Below, piece by piece: positions 1-9,927 of a DNA stretch of 64,000 nt; the stretch's first letter is position 1, and the number at the start of each line of letters is the position of its first letter. The DNA is taken from positions 2,656,001 through 2,720,000 of the forward strand of contig OZ242374.1 of assembly GCA_965209055.1 (NCBI GenBank), in the 5' to 3' direction. The notes below the pieces were generated by a model. It saw nothing but the letters and a program-made list of their open reading frames with translations. It did not search any database and was not told the origin of the DNA. Made by a program: the position numbers and the translations under genes. This DNA comes from Acidobacteriota bacterium (lineage in GTDB: Bacteria; Acidobacteriota; UBA6911; RPQK01; JAJDTT01).

Positions 1-1302
1 AACCGCATCAAGGACTTCATCGCCATGCCCAGGGGCAACATGTACCAGTCTCTTCATACCAGCGTCGTGGGGTCCAACGGGCAGCCGTTCGAAGTCCAGA
101 TCCGGACCTACGAAATGCATCACATAGCGGAAGAGGGAATCGCCGCTCATTGGAAATACAAGGAGGGCAGGCTTAACAACGACGACGAAGACAAACGCTT
201 TACCTGGTTGCGCCAGCTATTGGAGACCTACCGGGAAGGCGACGATCCCAACCAGTTCCTGAGCAACCTCAAGATCGACCTCTACCCGGAAGAGGTCTAC
301 ATCTTCACCCCCAAGGGGGAGGTGGTGACTCTTCCCCGCAGGGCGACGCCGGTGGACTTCGCCTACTACATTCACACCGAGGTGGGAAATCGATGCGTCG
401 GGGCCAAAGTGAGCGGACGCATCGTTCCCCTGAAGTACGAGCTCAGGAACGGAGAGATGGTGGAGATCTCGACCTCGGGAGAGGGGCGCCCCAGCCGGGA
501 CTGGCTCACCTTCGTCAGGACCTCCCGCGCCCGTAACGCGATCCGGCGATGGCTGAATCAGAGGCAGAAGGAGGAGGCGCTGGAGCTGGGCCGCAAGCTG
601 TTGGAGAAGGAATCCCGGAGGCTCGGGCTCAGCCTCAAGAATCTTACGTCCCGTTTGGAGAGAGTGATCGAGGAATTCAAGGCTCCGGACGTCGAGAACC
701 TTCTGATCAGTGTCGGGTACGGCAAGATTCGTGCCCGCCAGGTCGTCCGCCGGCTCGAGCCGGAAAAGGTTCCTCGGCAGAAGCCGGCCGGCGGCATTCC
801 GTTTGGGGGCATCACCCAAAGATCGCCGTCATCCGATTCCGATTCGACCATCCGGGTCAAGGGACACGATGACCTGCTGGTTTTCCGGGCTCGATGCTGC
901 AATCCCATCCAGGGGGAGCCGATTGTGGGTTACATCACGCTGGGGCGGGGTATTTCGGTGCATTCCCGGAATTGTCCCAACGTGGAGAACCTGCTCCTCA
1001 ATCCGGAACGGACGCTCGACGTCCAATGGAGTGACGGCGCCGGAGAGACCCGCTATCCCGTTCGTATTTCCATCTCCACCGAGGATCGTCCGGGGGTGCT
1101 GGCCGACATCACGTCCGCCGTGTCCGAATTGAAGACCAACATCGTCGACGCCCAGGCTCGCACCGTGGAAAGTCAGTTCGGTGAGATCGAGATCACCGTG
1201 GAAGTGCGAGACATGGGCCACTTGAACAAGATACTCCACTTTCTCAAGGGCATCTCCGGCGTGCACGCGGTTGACCGCACCCGGAGTGGGTCCGGGAATT
1301 AG
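1..1302 (+). CDS. spoT: RelA/SpoT (p)ppGpp synthetase/hydrolase, C-terminal part (5' end outside window)
   Basis: Open frame from base 1 ([10 protein letters not shown]..). Contains [23 protein letters not shown] domain ([12 protein letters not shown]), ARCCNPI and C-terminal ACT ([10 protein letters not shown]). Confidence 0.95.
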   Translation, partial: NRIKDFIAMPRGNMYQSLHTSVVGSNGQPFEVQIRTYEMHHIAEEGIAAHWKYKEGRLNNDDEDKRFTWLRQLLETYREGDDPNQFLSNLKIDLYPEEVYIFTPKGEVVTLPRRATPVDFAYYIHTEVGNRCVGAKVSGRIVPLKYELRNGEMVEISTSGEGRPSRDWLTFVRTSRARNAIRRWLNQRQKEEALELGRKLLEKESRRLGLSLKNLTSRLERVIEEFKAPDVENLLISVGYGKIRARQVVRRLEPEKVPRQKPAGGIPFGGITQRSPSSDSDSTIRVKGHDDLLVFRARCCNPIQGEPIVGYITLGRGISVHSRNCPNVENLLLNPERTLDVQWSDGAGETRYPVRISISTEDRPGVLADITSAVSELKTNIVDAQARTVESQFGEIEITVEVRDMGHLNKILHFLKGISGVHAVDRTRSGSGN

Positions 1303-1327
1303 AACTCCGGATGCCTGGGGGATCGCG

Positions 1328-1525
1328 TCAGCGGATGGCGGGCTTCAGAACAAGGCCGTTTTTCAGGCACTTGGCGCAGACGTAGACTCGGCGGGTGGTC
1401 CCGTTGATATTGGCGCGGACCCGCTGCAGATTGAGGCTCCACTTGCGACGGGACCGATTGTGGGCATGGGAAACCTTATTCCCGAATTGAGGCTTTTTAT
1501 CGCAGAACTGACAAACTTTCGCCAT
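1328..1525 (-). CDS. rpmB: 50S ribosomal protein L28
   Basis: MAKVCQFCDKKPQFGNKVSHAHNRSRRKWSLNLQ...VCAKCLK, the Zn-binding (C+) L28 signature. Confidence 0.97.
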   Translation of the reverse strand: MAKVCQFCDKKPQFGNKVSHAHNRSRRKWSLNLQRVRANINGTTRRVYVCAKCLKNGLVLKPAIR

Positions 1526-1755
1526 CGCTGAATCCGCTCGCGAGGAAGAGTTTTACCACTCTGGTCCGAAAGGTGTCAAGCCGCTCATCCGGTCGAAGAA
1601 CCGTCACCAGCTACCGGTAGAATGGCCCGATCCAGGTCAGTCGGTTCGGCGACTCTCCCACTCCGGAGCCAGGTGGCGCCATCCGCCGGTCTTCGTGTCA
1701 CGGTGATTTGCTCGTGGATCCGTTGTGGAGTTCGTTGTAAGGGTTGGAGTCCGAG

Positions 1756-2616
1756 ATGAAGATCGCTGTCATCGGGGCGGGGACCATGGGACGTGGAATT
1801 GCGCATGTCTGTGCGGGCCACGGCCACCAGGTCGCCCTCCAGGATGTCGATTCGGAGACCCTCGGAAACTCCATGGAATGGATCCGGCGTGGTCTGGAGA
1901 AGTCGCTGGAACGGGACTCCGGGGAAATGGGACCCGTCGCGGCGGTGCTGGATCGGATTCGGCCGACGACCGGTTGGGAGAGTACGGCCGGATCGGAGAT
2001 GGTCATCGAGGCCGTCGTGGAGAAATTCGAGCTGAAGCGGGAGGTCTTTCGCAAGCTGGGCGATCTGTGCGATTCCGGAGCCATTCTGGCCAGCAACACC
2101 TCTTCCATCCCCATTACGCGTCTGGCGGCCGTGACGAAACGTCCGGAGCGCGTCATCGGCATGCATTTCATGAATCCGGTCCCCAGGATGAAGCTGGTGG
2201 AAGTGATCCGGGGACTGCAGACGGACCAGGAGACGGTGGATTCTACCGTCGCTCTGGCCAAGCAACTGGGCAAGGTCCCGGTGGAGGTCCGGGACTTCCC
2301 CGGGTTCGTGACCAATCGGATTCTCATGCCCATGATCAATGAGGCGGTCACGGCATTGATGGAAGGGGTGGCCGAGGCGGAAGGCATCGATCGGATCATG
2401 CATTTGGGCATGAATCATCCCATGGGACCCTTGCGGCTGGCCGACCTCATCGGTCTGGACGTCTGCCTGCACGTCATGGAGGTCCTGTTCGATGGTTTCA
2501 AGGATCCCAAGTATCGACCTTGCCCGCTCTTGAGACAGATGGTGGACGCCGGATGGTTGGGCCGAAAGACCGGACGGGGTTTCTATACATACCCGGGTCT
2601 TGGTGAAAGACCCTGA
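1756..2616 (+). CDS. hbd: 3-hydroxybutyryl-CoA dehydrogenase
   Basis: GAGTMG Rossmann motif, [38 protein letters not shown] at 1756. Confidence 0.92.
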   Translation: MKIAVIGAGTMGRGIAHVCAGHGHQVALQDVDSETLGNSMEWIRRGLEKSLERDSGEMGPVAAVLDRIRPTTGWESTAGSEMVIEAVVEKFELKREVFRKLGDLCDSGAILASNTSSIPITRLAAVTKRPERVIGMHFMNPVPRMKLVEVIRGLQTDQETVDSTVALAKQLGKVPVEVRDFPGFVTNRILMPMINEAVTALMEGVAEAEGIDRIMHLGMNHPMGPLRLADLIGLDVCLHVMEVLFDGFKDPKYRPCPLLRQMVDAGWLGRKTGRGFYTYPGLGERP

Positions 2617-2675
2617 AAGGAAGGGTGATGAAAGGAAGAGTGATGAAGGGAAAGAGGATGGACGGTCGAGTGATG
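2616..2675 (+). repeat. Four degenerate 15-bp tandem units, each ending in an ATG in frame with recA
   Basis: aaaggaagggtgatg / aaaggaagagtgatg / aagggaaagaggatg / gacggtcgagtgatg read directly. Confidence 0.8.
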
Positions 2676-3698
2676 GACCAGAAACAGAGGCAAAGGGCGA
2701 TCGACATGGCGTTGACCCAGATCGAACGGCAGTTCGGGAAGGGTTCGATCATGAAGCTGGGGGACCGGTCCAGGATGGACATCCCGGTGATCTCTTCCGG
2801 GTCCATATCCCTGGACTCGGCGCTGGGAATCGGCGGCTTTCCCCGAGGGCGGGTGATCGAGATCTACGGACCCGAGTCCAGCGGCAAGACCACCATCGCT
2901 CTTCACGTGATCGCAGAGGCCCAGAAGGCAGGCGGGACGGCGGCATTCATCGACGCGGAACATGCCATGGATCCCAGGTACGCCTCGAATCTGGGCGTGA
3001 AGGTGGACGACCTCCTGGTCTCCCAGCCCGACTTTGGAGAACAGGCCCTGGAAATTGCCGAGGTCCTGGTGAGAAGCGGGGCTCTGGACGTGGTCGTAGT
3101 CGATTCGGTCGCGGCGCTGGTGCCCCGGGCGGAGTTGGAGGGTGAAATGGGCGATCCTCACATGGGCTTGCAGGCCAGGCTCATGTCCCAGGCGCTCCGG
3201 AAGCTCACCGCCATCGTCTCCAAGTCCCGGACCAGCCTGGTTTTCATCAATCAGGTGCGACAGAAAATCGGCGTCATGTTCGGCAACCCCGAGACCACCA
3301 CGGGGGGGCGGGCCCTCAAGTTCTACTCCTCGATCCGCCTGGAAATCCGCCGGATCGCGGCCATCAAGGAAGGGGATCAGAACGTCGGGAACCGGACCCG
3401 GGCCAAAGTCGTGAAGAACAAGTTGGCGCCCCCGTTCCGGCAAGCCGAGTTCGACATCGCCTTCGGTTTGGGAATCTCCAAGGAAGGGGAGCTTCTGGAC
3501 CTCGCCGTGGCCCAGGGGGTCGCCCAGAAGAGCGGCGCCTGGTTCTCCTACGGACGGGAACGTCTCGGCCAGGGCCGCGAGAACGCCAAGCGGTATCTCA
3601 GAGACAACCAGGAGGCGTTTCGCGAAATCGAGCACAAGGTCAAGATCAAGCTGGGCATCATCAAACCCCTGAAAAAGGTGGAATCCGCCGGAAAATAG
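2673..3698 (+). CDS. recA: Recombinase RecA
   Basis: [11 protein letters not shown], Walker [26 protein letters not shown]. Start chosen at the last repeat ATG (MDQKQR); upstream in-frame starts exist. Confidence 0.98.
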   Translation: MDQKQRQRAIDMALTQIERQFGKGSIMKLGDRSRMDIPVISSGSISLDSALGIGGFPRGRVIEIYGPESSGKTTIALHVIAEAQKAGGTAAFIDAEHAMDPRYASNLGVKVDDLLVSQPDFGEQALEIAEVLVRSGALDVVVVDSVAALVPRAELEGEMGDPHMGLQARLMSQALRKLTAIVSKSRTSLVFINQVRQKIGVMFGNPETTTGGRALKFYSSIRLEIRRIAAIKEGDQNVGNRTRAKVVKNKLAPPFRQAEFDIAFGLGISKEGELLDLAVAQGVAQKSGAWFSYGRERLGQGRENAKRYLRDNQEAFREIEHKVKIKLGIIKPLKKVESAGK

Positions 3699-3720
3699 GA
3701 GCGGAGACTTTCCTGTCCCC
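3696..3720 (+). repeat. REP-like palindrome overlapping the recA stop codon
   Basis: TAGGAGCGGAGACTTTCCTGTCCCC. Related copies lie at 38974-38998 (minus strand) and 14712-14780. Confidence 0.6.
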
Positions 3721-3790
3721 TCCCTCTTCATCCGGGACGGTGGACATTCTCCGCTCCCTGTTCATCAACGCCCACCCCAGACCGAAACCC

Positions 3791-3820
3791 TTGGCGGCTG
3801 AAGGCGGCGGCTGCTAAGAT
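3791..3820 (+). promoter_or_regulatory. Putative sigma70 promoter for tRNA-Gln
   Basis: TTGGCG-N18-TAAGAT just upstream of the tRNA. Confidence 0.4.
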
Positions 3821-3834
3821 CGTTCGGTCCCGGT

Positions 3835-3909
3835 TCGGGGGTCGTCCAATTGGTAGGACAGCGGCCTTTGGAGCCGCCGATCCAGGTTCGAGTCCTGGCC
3901 CCCGAGCCA
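3835..3909 (+). tRNA. tRNA-Gln (anticodon TTG)
   Basis: Acceptor stem TCGGGGG/CCCCCGA, anticodon arm GCGGC-CTTTGGA-GCCGC, T-loop GGTTCGAGTCC, encoded 3' CCA. Confidence 0.97.
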
Positions 3910-3972
3910 TGTCTTCTTCTTGCAGATCAGGCAACGCTTCCGTTACCCGCGGCGGTTCAGACTGAGGACCGG

Positions 3973-4341
3973 TCAGATGCACGCCGCGCAGCGACCAAAG
4001 AGAATCAGCTCGTGGCCGTCGACCTCGAAACCCTCCGGTGCCAGCTCCTCGACTTTGTCCGGACACCTGTCGACGTCGAACACCAGATCGCAAACTCGGC
4101 AGAGGAAGTGGTGGTGATGCGGACGCTCGGCCAGTTCATACCGGAGCCCGGCGCCCGGAAGCTCCACTTCCGACAACCACCCCTCGCCCGTGAGGATCTT
4201 CACGTACCGGTAGACGGTGGCCAGCCCGAGTGACGGCATCATCTGTTGGCCGTGCTTGAGGACCTCTCCGGCCGTGAGGGGGCGCCCGGCATTCATGAAA
4301 ACCCGGCGGATTACTCGGCGCTGTCGGGTGTCTCGTTGCAT
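3973..4341 (-). CDS. Fur-family transcriptional regulator
   Basis: TRQRRVI, SLGLATVYRY helix-turn-helix, HHHHFLCRVC and C-terminal CAAC. Confidence 0.92.
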   Translation of the reverse strand: MQRDTRQRRVIRRVFMNAGRPLTAGEVLKHGQQMMPSLGLATVYRYVKILTGEGWLSEVELPGAGLRYELAERPHHHHFLCRVCDLVFDVDRCPDKVEELAPEGFEVDGHELILFGRCAACI

Positions 4342-4428
4342 CGAGGTTGGCGTTATCGATGGAATCGTTTCGTGACAAACGATATCGACAGGGGGCGAGC
4401 GACCCACCGCTGACGATCGTCGTCACTC

Positions 4429-4851
4429 TCAGCGATCTGCTTGCTCCTCGTCGGCGCATACTGCGCACGCGTCCGCCTGGCAGACACGGGCACTCTGCAA
4501 CAGGGCGGCTGCCAGGATCAGACTGCCGGAAGCCGACGTGACGGTTTCCGGCAGCGGCTCGAGCCAACCGGCGAGGGAGGCTGCCCAGAGTGCTGCCCCT
4601 CCAAGGAAGGTGAGGACCACGGCAGCGTTCCGGCAAGCCGAGCCCAGCGCGAGCATGACCCCGCCGAGAAAGACCGTCCCGAACCACACGGCTCGTTCGA
4701 CACCTTCGGAGAGCGCAAGTGCGGGTGCCGCCGCGACCAGGAACGGCGTGAGTGCGCAGTGCAGGCCACACCAAGCCGCAGCACACGCCGTGAGTCGCGA
4801 GCCGGTCGCCAGATGCGTGTTCGACGGGACTGTTACGAGACTGTTCCTCAT
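4429..4851 (-). CDS. MerC-domain membrane protein
   Basis: Four hydrophobic segments, WCGLHCALTP resembling the MerC CxxHC motif, Cys-rich C-terminus. Confidence 0.75.
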   Translation of the reverse strand: MRNSLVTVPSNTHLATGSRLTACAAAWCGLHCALTPFLVAAAPALALSEGVERAVWFGTVFLGGVMLALGSACRNAAVVLTFLGGAALWAASLAGWLEPLPETVTSASGSLILAAALLQSARVCQADACAVCADEEQADR

Positions 4852-4902
4852 GGTTTCGAGTCGGAGTTAGCGGCGGAAAAGCAACATGTGAATGCCTGAG
4901 CC

Positions 4903-4923
4903 GTAATGATAATTCATTCTCAT
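4903..4923. promoter_or_regulatory. Fur-box-like operator upstream of merC-like/fur genes
   Basis: AT-rich GTAATGATAATTCATTCTCAT, parsed as TGATAAT-TC-ATTCTCA, in a GC-rich background. Confidence 0.6.
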
Positions 4924-5071
4924 CTATTTGTCACGAGTGCGGACCGCGGCGCCTCAGGTCCGCTGCGCGTGATTCCAGCACGGCACGAGTTGAGGACGAG
5001 GCTCATGGGTTCAACAAGCTTGAGTTGATCGAAGATGCCTGATTGATGGCTATGAGGCGCTATGGCTGGGT

Positions 5072-6841
5072 TTAACCGTGGTGGCCCTTGAGCGAGATCT
5101 CTCCGACGAAGCCTCTGACGCCCCGTTTCAGCAGCGAATACGTGTAGAGGCCCGCCAGCAGGATCAGGCAAAGAAGTTCCAGGTTGGCGGGAGCGCCGGC
5201 TGCGGGACCCTCCAGCGCCGTGGCCGGGATCTCGGGCAGGATCGCGTTGGTCAGATATCCCATCGCCACCGCAAGCAGGATGATGGTGACACTGAAACAG
5301 AGGGCGATCCTGCGGCCGTGGAGTTGTGCCAGGACACCGAAGGTGGTCACGTTTGTGGCGGGTCCGGTCAGGAGAAAAGCCAGCGCCGCGCCTGGGGAGA
5401 CTCCCTTGAAAAGGAGGACCGCGACGAACGGGGTGGCGCTGGAGGCGCAGACGTAAGTGGGAAGCCCGAGTATGGCGAACGCCGGGATCTCCAACGCCGC
5501 GGGCAATCGCTGGAGCCAGCTCGTCGGCAGGAACGCCTCCACCACAGCCGCCAAAACCAGGCCGAAGACGATCCAGGGTGCGGTGTGATCGACGGCATCC
5601 CCGAATCCGTTCGAGAGGCCCTGCCGAATTTTCTGACCCAGGGGTAGCGAAGCCGGGCTTCCACAATATTCCTCCGACTCGGTTTGGCTGCCAAGACGCG
5701 GCACCAGGCGTCCCACGATCCATCCCACGAGCAGGGCCACCAAGGCAGCGGCGGCGACGCGAACGATGGTCATTTTTCCCCCCAAGAGGGGGATGGAGAG
5801 AAGGACCGCATCGAGTCCCAACTCCGGTGTCGAGATGAGAAATGCCATGGCCGCCGTAGCGGGAGCACCGCTCCGGACCAGGGTCCGATACAGGGGGACC
5901 ACACCACAGGAGCAGATCGGGAAGGGCAGGCCGACGGCCATTCCCCGCATCGCCTGGTTCCACTGCCGGCCGCGGCGCATCCAGGCGATGGAGGATCGGG
6001 TCAGGAAGGAGCTCATGAATCCCGCAACCAGGTAGGCGATCAGCAGTGCGGGAGCTCCCTTCAGAGCCAGTTGGAAGAAGGTCGAGACGATTCGCTCCCC
6101 GGCGGCCGCGTGAGGCATATGCTCGATCTGAAACAGGGCCGTCAGCAGAACCACTCCCAGCAACGAGCCCGCGCCCGAGACCCATCTCTGCATCCCGGAT
6201 CCGGCAGGGACGAGGTCACCGATCCTGGACCGTGTCAGTTGCAGGGTCGCATGGAGCAGGAATCCCGCCGTGAGCGCCTGGAACCAATCCGCGCTCTGTC
6301 CGTACGGGTCGGCGAGGACTCCAGGTCCCCAAAAGAAGCCCAAGCCGGTGCCGAGCAGGATGGGCGCCAAAGCGCCAGCCGCTACCCAGGAGCCGTACCG
6401 CGGCCGCAACAGCCACCAGACAGTGAGACCCACTGGGAAAAGGGGCGAGACGACAACCGAAGGGAGAAGATTCCAGCCGGATTCGCCACCGTAGTCGTGT
6501 GCGCTGATGACGCCACCGTCCATCGCCGAGTGCAAACAGAGGCCCAGCAAGCCGAGAGCCAAGGCCGTCAGGTGAGCGCGAACCGTCCTCTCAGGATAGA
6601 ACCGCTTGGCCAGGCCGGGAGCCAATATCCCTGCCAGAAAGAAGAAAACGGCCTCCCAGTGGCCTCGGATGAGGATCGGCAGCAGGATGCTCAGGAACAA
6701 CACACCGGGCATGGTTACGAAGATGAACCCATCCAGGAGGATCTGCATCCTCCCGTGGGCTCGCGCCAAATGGCAGATGAACGGTCCCAGGCAGAGACTC
6801 AGCAAGCTGGCCAGCAGCAGTTGACTCTCGCCGGTGCTCAA
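5072..6841 (-). CDS. ArsP/DUF318-type permease with N-terminal ZIP-like membrane domain
   Basis: C-terminal half has PICSCGVVP, AFLISTPELG, PTYVCASSATP and LLTGPATN. N-terminal half has LCLHSAMDG resembling ZIP TM4. Confidence 0.8.
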   Translation of the reverse strand: MSTGESQLLLASLLSLCLGPFICHLARAHGRMQILLDGFIFVTMPGVLFLSILLPILIRGHWEAVFFFLAGILAPGLAKRFYPERTVRAHLTALALGLLGLCLHSAMDGGVISAHDYGGESGWNLLPSVVVSPLFPVGLTVWWLLRPRYGSWVAAGALAPILLGTGLGFFWGPGVLADPYGQSADWFQALTAGFLLHATLQLTRSRIGDLVPAGSGMQRWVSGAGSLLGVVLLTALFQIEHMPHAAAGERIVSTFFQLALKGAPALLIAYLVAGFMSSFLTRSSIAWMRRGRQWNQAMRGMAVGLPFPICSCGVVPLYRTLVRSGAPATAAMAFLISTPELGLDAVLLSIPLLGGKMTIVRVAAAALVALLVGWIVGRLVPRLGSQTESEEYCGSPASLPLGQKIRQGLSNGFGDAVDHTAPWIVFGLVLAAVVEAFLPTSWLQRLPAALEIPAFAILGLPTYVCASSATPFVAVLLFKGVSPGAALAFLLTGPATNVTTFGVLAQLHGRRIALCFSVTIILLAVAMGYLTNAILPEIPATALEGPAAGAPANLELLCLILLAGLYTYSLLKRGVRGFVGEISLKGHHG

Positions 6842-7075
6842 AATTCCCGTCCAGTTCGTGGAAACGACCGATGTTTACCTATCGTCCTGTTGTCAGGAAT
6901 GTGGATTATATCTGGTTGGAGACGGGATACCCACTGGTCCGGGACCAATCTCAGGGTTCCTGCGGCAGGATCGGTAGAGCAGGAATCGAAACTCAATCCA
7001 GAAACCGGAACGTTTCTCGAACCGGAAGAATTAATCGCCCAAAGCTGGTAGTTTCCATCCAGGAGAGCGAAAACG

Positions 7076-8203
7076 ATGCGGCCGCCGTCTCTGTTTCCCA
7101 CCACTGTCGTCGGCAGCCTTCCCCGGCCCCAATGGGTCATGGACCTCTTCGCCCAGGAGATTTCGGGACAGGTCGTTCCGGAGACCTTCCAGTCCCGCCT
7201 CGACAGTGCGGTCCTCTACGCCATCCAGCTCCAGGAAATGGCCGGGGTCGACATCATCAGCGATGGCGAATACCGGCGCGAGAGCTACGTCAAGATCTTC
7301 GCGCAAAGCGTGGGGGGATTCGAGAGGGACCTGCTGGACGGCTCGGCGATTCTGGATGACGGCCAGTTCTACGACAGCCGGGCCCGCCGGGTGGTGACGC
7401 CCTCCCAGGCCGAGTCTCCGCTTCGCTATCCGGCGGTGGTCCGCCCTGTCGAGGCCGGCCGTCCGGTGGTCCTGGACGAAGCCAGGTTCCTGCTGAACCA
7501 CACCTCGCTGCCGGTCAAGGTGACCCTGCCCTCGCCCTACATTCTGGCCCGGCGCCTCTGGCATCCCGATTATTCCCGCGACGCCTATCCGACCCGGCAG
7601 GATTTTCTGAATGACATCATCCCGGTTCTGCGCCGGGAAGTGCGTGAGCTGGAGGCCCTGGGGGTCTATTTCATCCAGTTGGACGATCCGTGGCTCTCGC
7701 TCTTCGTGGACGAAGGCTACCGGAGCCATTTCGAAGCCGTGGAGCGGGAGATCCAAACCAGCATCGACTGCATCAACCAGGTCGTTTCGGACACCCGGCA
7801 GGCCAAGACCGGAGTCCACTTCTGCCGGGCCCATTACAATCGCAGTACCGGGTTCAGAGGAGACTATTCCTATCTCCTCCCCTACCTGAAGGACCTTCGA
7901 GTCGACCAGTTGGTCATGGAATTCGCTCTGCCCAACGCCGGATCTCTGGAGGTTCTGGAGGCGTTTCCGGAACATCTGGAATTGGGACTGGGTTGCGTCG
8001 ACGTCCGGGCCGAGGAAATTCCCCCGCCCGCCCGGATCGTGGAGATGGTGCGCCAGGCGGTCCGCTACGTGGGGCGCGAGAGGATCACTCTGAATCCCGA
8101 TTGCGGCTTCGCTCCCTCCAACACCAACCCGATTCCCGTGGACGAAGCGTACCGCAAGCTCAAGGCCATGGCCGAGGCGGCCCGCCGGCTGAGAGAGGAG
8201 TAA
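7076..8203 (+). CDS. Cobalamin-independent methionine synthase II family protein
   Basis: TTVVGSLPRP, SDGEYRR, IQLDDP, HFC zinc motif, NPDCGF. Confidence 0.9.
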   Translation: MRPPSLFPTTVVGSLPRPQWVMDLFAQEISGQVVPETFQSRLDSAVLYAIQLQEMAGVDIISDGEYRRESYVKIFAQSVGGFERDLLDGSAILDDGQFYDSRARRVVTPSQAESPLRYPAVVRPVEAGRPVVLDEARFLLNHTSLPVKVTLPSPYILARRLWHPDYSRDAYPTRQDFLNDIIPVLRREVRELEALGVYFIQLDDPWLSLFVDEGYRSHFEAVEREIQTSIDCINQVVSDTRQAKTGVHFCRAHYNRSTGFRGDYSYLLPYLKDLRVDQLVMEFALPNAGSLEVLEAFPEHLELGLGCVDVRAEEIPPPARIVEMVRQAVRYVGRERITLNPDCGFAPSNTNPIPVDEAYRKLKAMAEAARRLREE

Positions 8204-8243
8204 TGGAGTTGCCACGGGGTGAAGAGGAGGCCTGTAGCAGGTG

Positions 8244-9569
8244 ATGGAGAAACAACCCCTTCAAACCGGGTCCGGCGCCGGTCGTGGACATCCGGATCGA
8301 AGCGTCGTCATCCACAGTCACCTCCTGGCGGACGGCGTTTCCGGCAGCTCCCGGAGGGGCCGGGCGCTGCTGTTGCGTGAGGGCCGCATCCAAGCCGTAG
8401 GCGCCAGGGAAGAAATCCTGAAGTCGGCGCCACCGGAGACGTCCGTCATCGACCTGGGACGCGCGTGCCTGGCTCCCGGGCTGATCGACAGCCACACGCA
8501 TCTGAGCCTGGCGGGCGACGGCCGCCACTATGCGGATATGTTCTCCGACTCCGACGAGATGATGGTGCTCACAGGCGCCATGAACATGAAAAAGCACCTG
8601 GACGCGGGAATCACCACCATCCGGGAGCACGGCGCCCGAAACCGGGTCGGATTCACTCTCAAGTCGGGACTCGCGCGCGGCTATATCCCGGGTCCCAGGA
8701 TGCTGGTCAGCGGGCGCCCCATCACCTGCACCGGCGGTCATTTCCATATGTGCAACGAGGTGGCCGACGGAGAGGCGGAGATCCGCAGGTCGGTCCGCCG
8801 GTTGGTCCACGAGGGCGCGGACTACATCAAGATCATGGCCTCCGGCGGCGGGACGGTGGGAACCATTCCGGGAGTGGCCACCTATACCGTCGAGGAACTC
8901 CACGCCGCCGCCCACGAGGCCCACCATTTCCATCGGCTGACGGCGGCCCACTGCCGGGCCAAGGAGTCCATGCGCCGGGCCGTGGAGGCGGGCATCGACC
9001 TGATGGAGCACGCCGAGTTCCTGGACCCGGACGACAGAATGCGGTTCGATCCCAAGATCGCCGAGATGATGGCGGAATCGGGCATCTGGATCAGCCCGAC
9101 CCTGCAGACCTGGTGCAATTACCCCCGGGTTCTGGAGCTGAGGCGGAAGCGGGATTCGGGTGCGGCCGCGCCCGGGGAGGAGAGCGAACTGGATCGTCTC
9201 GAGGAGCGAATGGAGCGGCGCCTGGAGGTCATGCGCCGCATGCTGGACTACTGTCTGCGCGAGCGCATCGTTCCCGGGACCGATTCGGGAGTCTTCAACA
9301 TCGCCTTCGGACACCTGGACTACGATCTGCAGATTCTCCACAAGGTCGGATTCACCCCTTCCGAGTGCCTGGCTTCCGCCACTCGAATCTCGGCCGAGGC
9401 CATCGGGCTTCAGGACGAGATCGGCACCATCGAACCGGGAAAACGGGCCGACCTGGTGGCCCTGGATGGTGACCCCAATCAGGACGCGACCGCATTCAGC
9501 CGGGTCGTGGCCGTCTTCCAGGCCGGAAGGCGGGTCTGGATCGGAGGGAAGGACGCTTCCTCTGCATGA
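8244..9569 (+). CDS. Amidohydrolase family protein (prolidase-like subtype)
   Basis: PGLIDSHTH, ITCTGGH, GADYIKIMASGG, AAHC, PGTDSG, GTIEPGKRADL. Confidence 0.9.
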   Translation: MEKQPLQTGSGAGRGHPDRSVVIHSHLLADGVSGSSRRGRALLLREGRIQAVGAREEILKSAPPETSVIDLGRACLAPGLIDSHTHLSLAGDGRHYADMFSDSDEMMVLTGAMNMKKHLDAGITTIREHGARNRVGFTLKSGLARGYIPGPRMLVSGRPITCTGGHFHMCNEVADGEAEIRRSVRRLVHEGADYIKIMASGGGTVGTIPGVATYTVEELHAAAHEAHHFHRLTAAHCRAKESMRRAVEAGIDLMEHAEFLDPDDRMRFDPKIAEMMAESGIWISPTLQTWCNYPRVLELRRKRDSGAAAPGEESELDRLEERMERRLEVMRRMLDYCLRERIVPGTDSGVFNIAFGHLDYDLQILHKVGFTPSECLASATRISAEAIGLQDEIGTIEPGKRADLVALDGDPNQDATAFSRVVAVFQAGRRVWIGGKDASSA

Positions 9570-9895
9570 CGGCCCGAAAAGCATCCGGCGCCTGGCAGGG
9601 GGTCTACGCGCTGGTCCGGAGGATTCCGGAGGGCAAGGTCATGAACTACGGGCAGATCGCCCGCCTGCAGGAGCAGCCCCTGTCGGCGCGCGCCGTTGGC
9701 TGGGCCATGCACTCCTGCCCTCCCGGCATCCCCTGGCATCGGGTAGTCAGCGCCACGGGCGAGTGCTCCACCGATCGGCTCGATTCCCATCCTCAGGGAC
9801 TCCAAAGGGCTTTGCTGGAAGCCGAGGGTGTCCGCTTCGGGTCCTCGGGCCGGGTGGATATGAAACGTTGCCGGTGGAACCCGGAAGAGGGATGA
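9566..9895 (+). CDS. Alkyltransferase-like (ATL/MGMT family) DNA-damage binding protein
   Basis: IPEGKVMNYGQIA, ARAVGWAM, and PWHRV with Trp in place of the catalytic Cys. Confidence 0.9.
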   Translation: MTARKASGAWQGVYALVRRIPEGKVMNYGQIARLQEQPLSARAVGWAMHSCPPGIPWHRVVSATGECSTDRLDSHPQGLQRALLEAEGVRFGSSGRVDMKRCRWNPEEG

Positions 9896-9927
9896 ATTTG
9901 ACCTGTGCCATGGATTCCCGTGTTGGC

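Noticed and set aside
3835-3909. tRNA-Gln as the attachment site of an island
   Set aside because: No duplicated tRNA 3' end was noticed in the window and there is no adjacent integrase.
6842-7075. Cobalamin or SAM riboswitch upstream of the methionine synthase II gene
   Set aside because: No B12-box or SAM-I core motifs are recognisable.
7000-7095. TolB/PD40-like peptide (DGGRIVFALLDGNYQLWAINSSGS) on the minus strand
   Set aside because: It is a single short match overlapping the RBS and start of the opposite gene and cannot be distinguished from chance.
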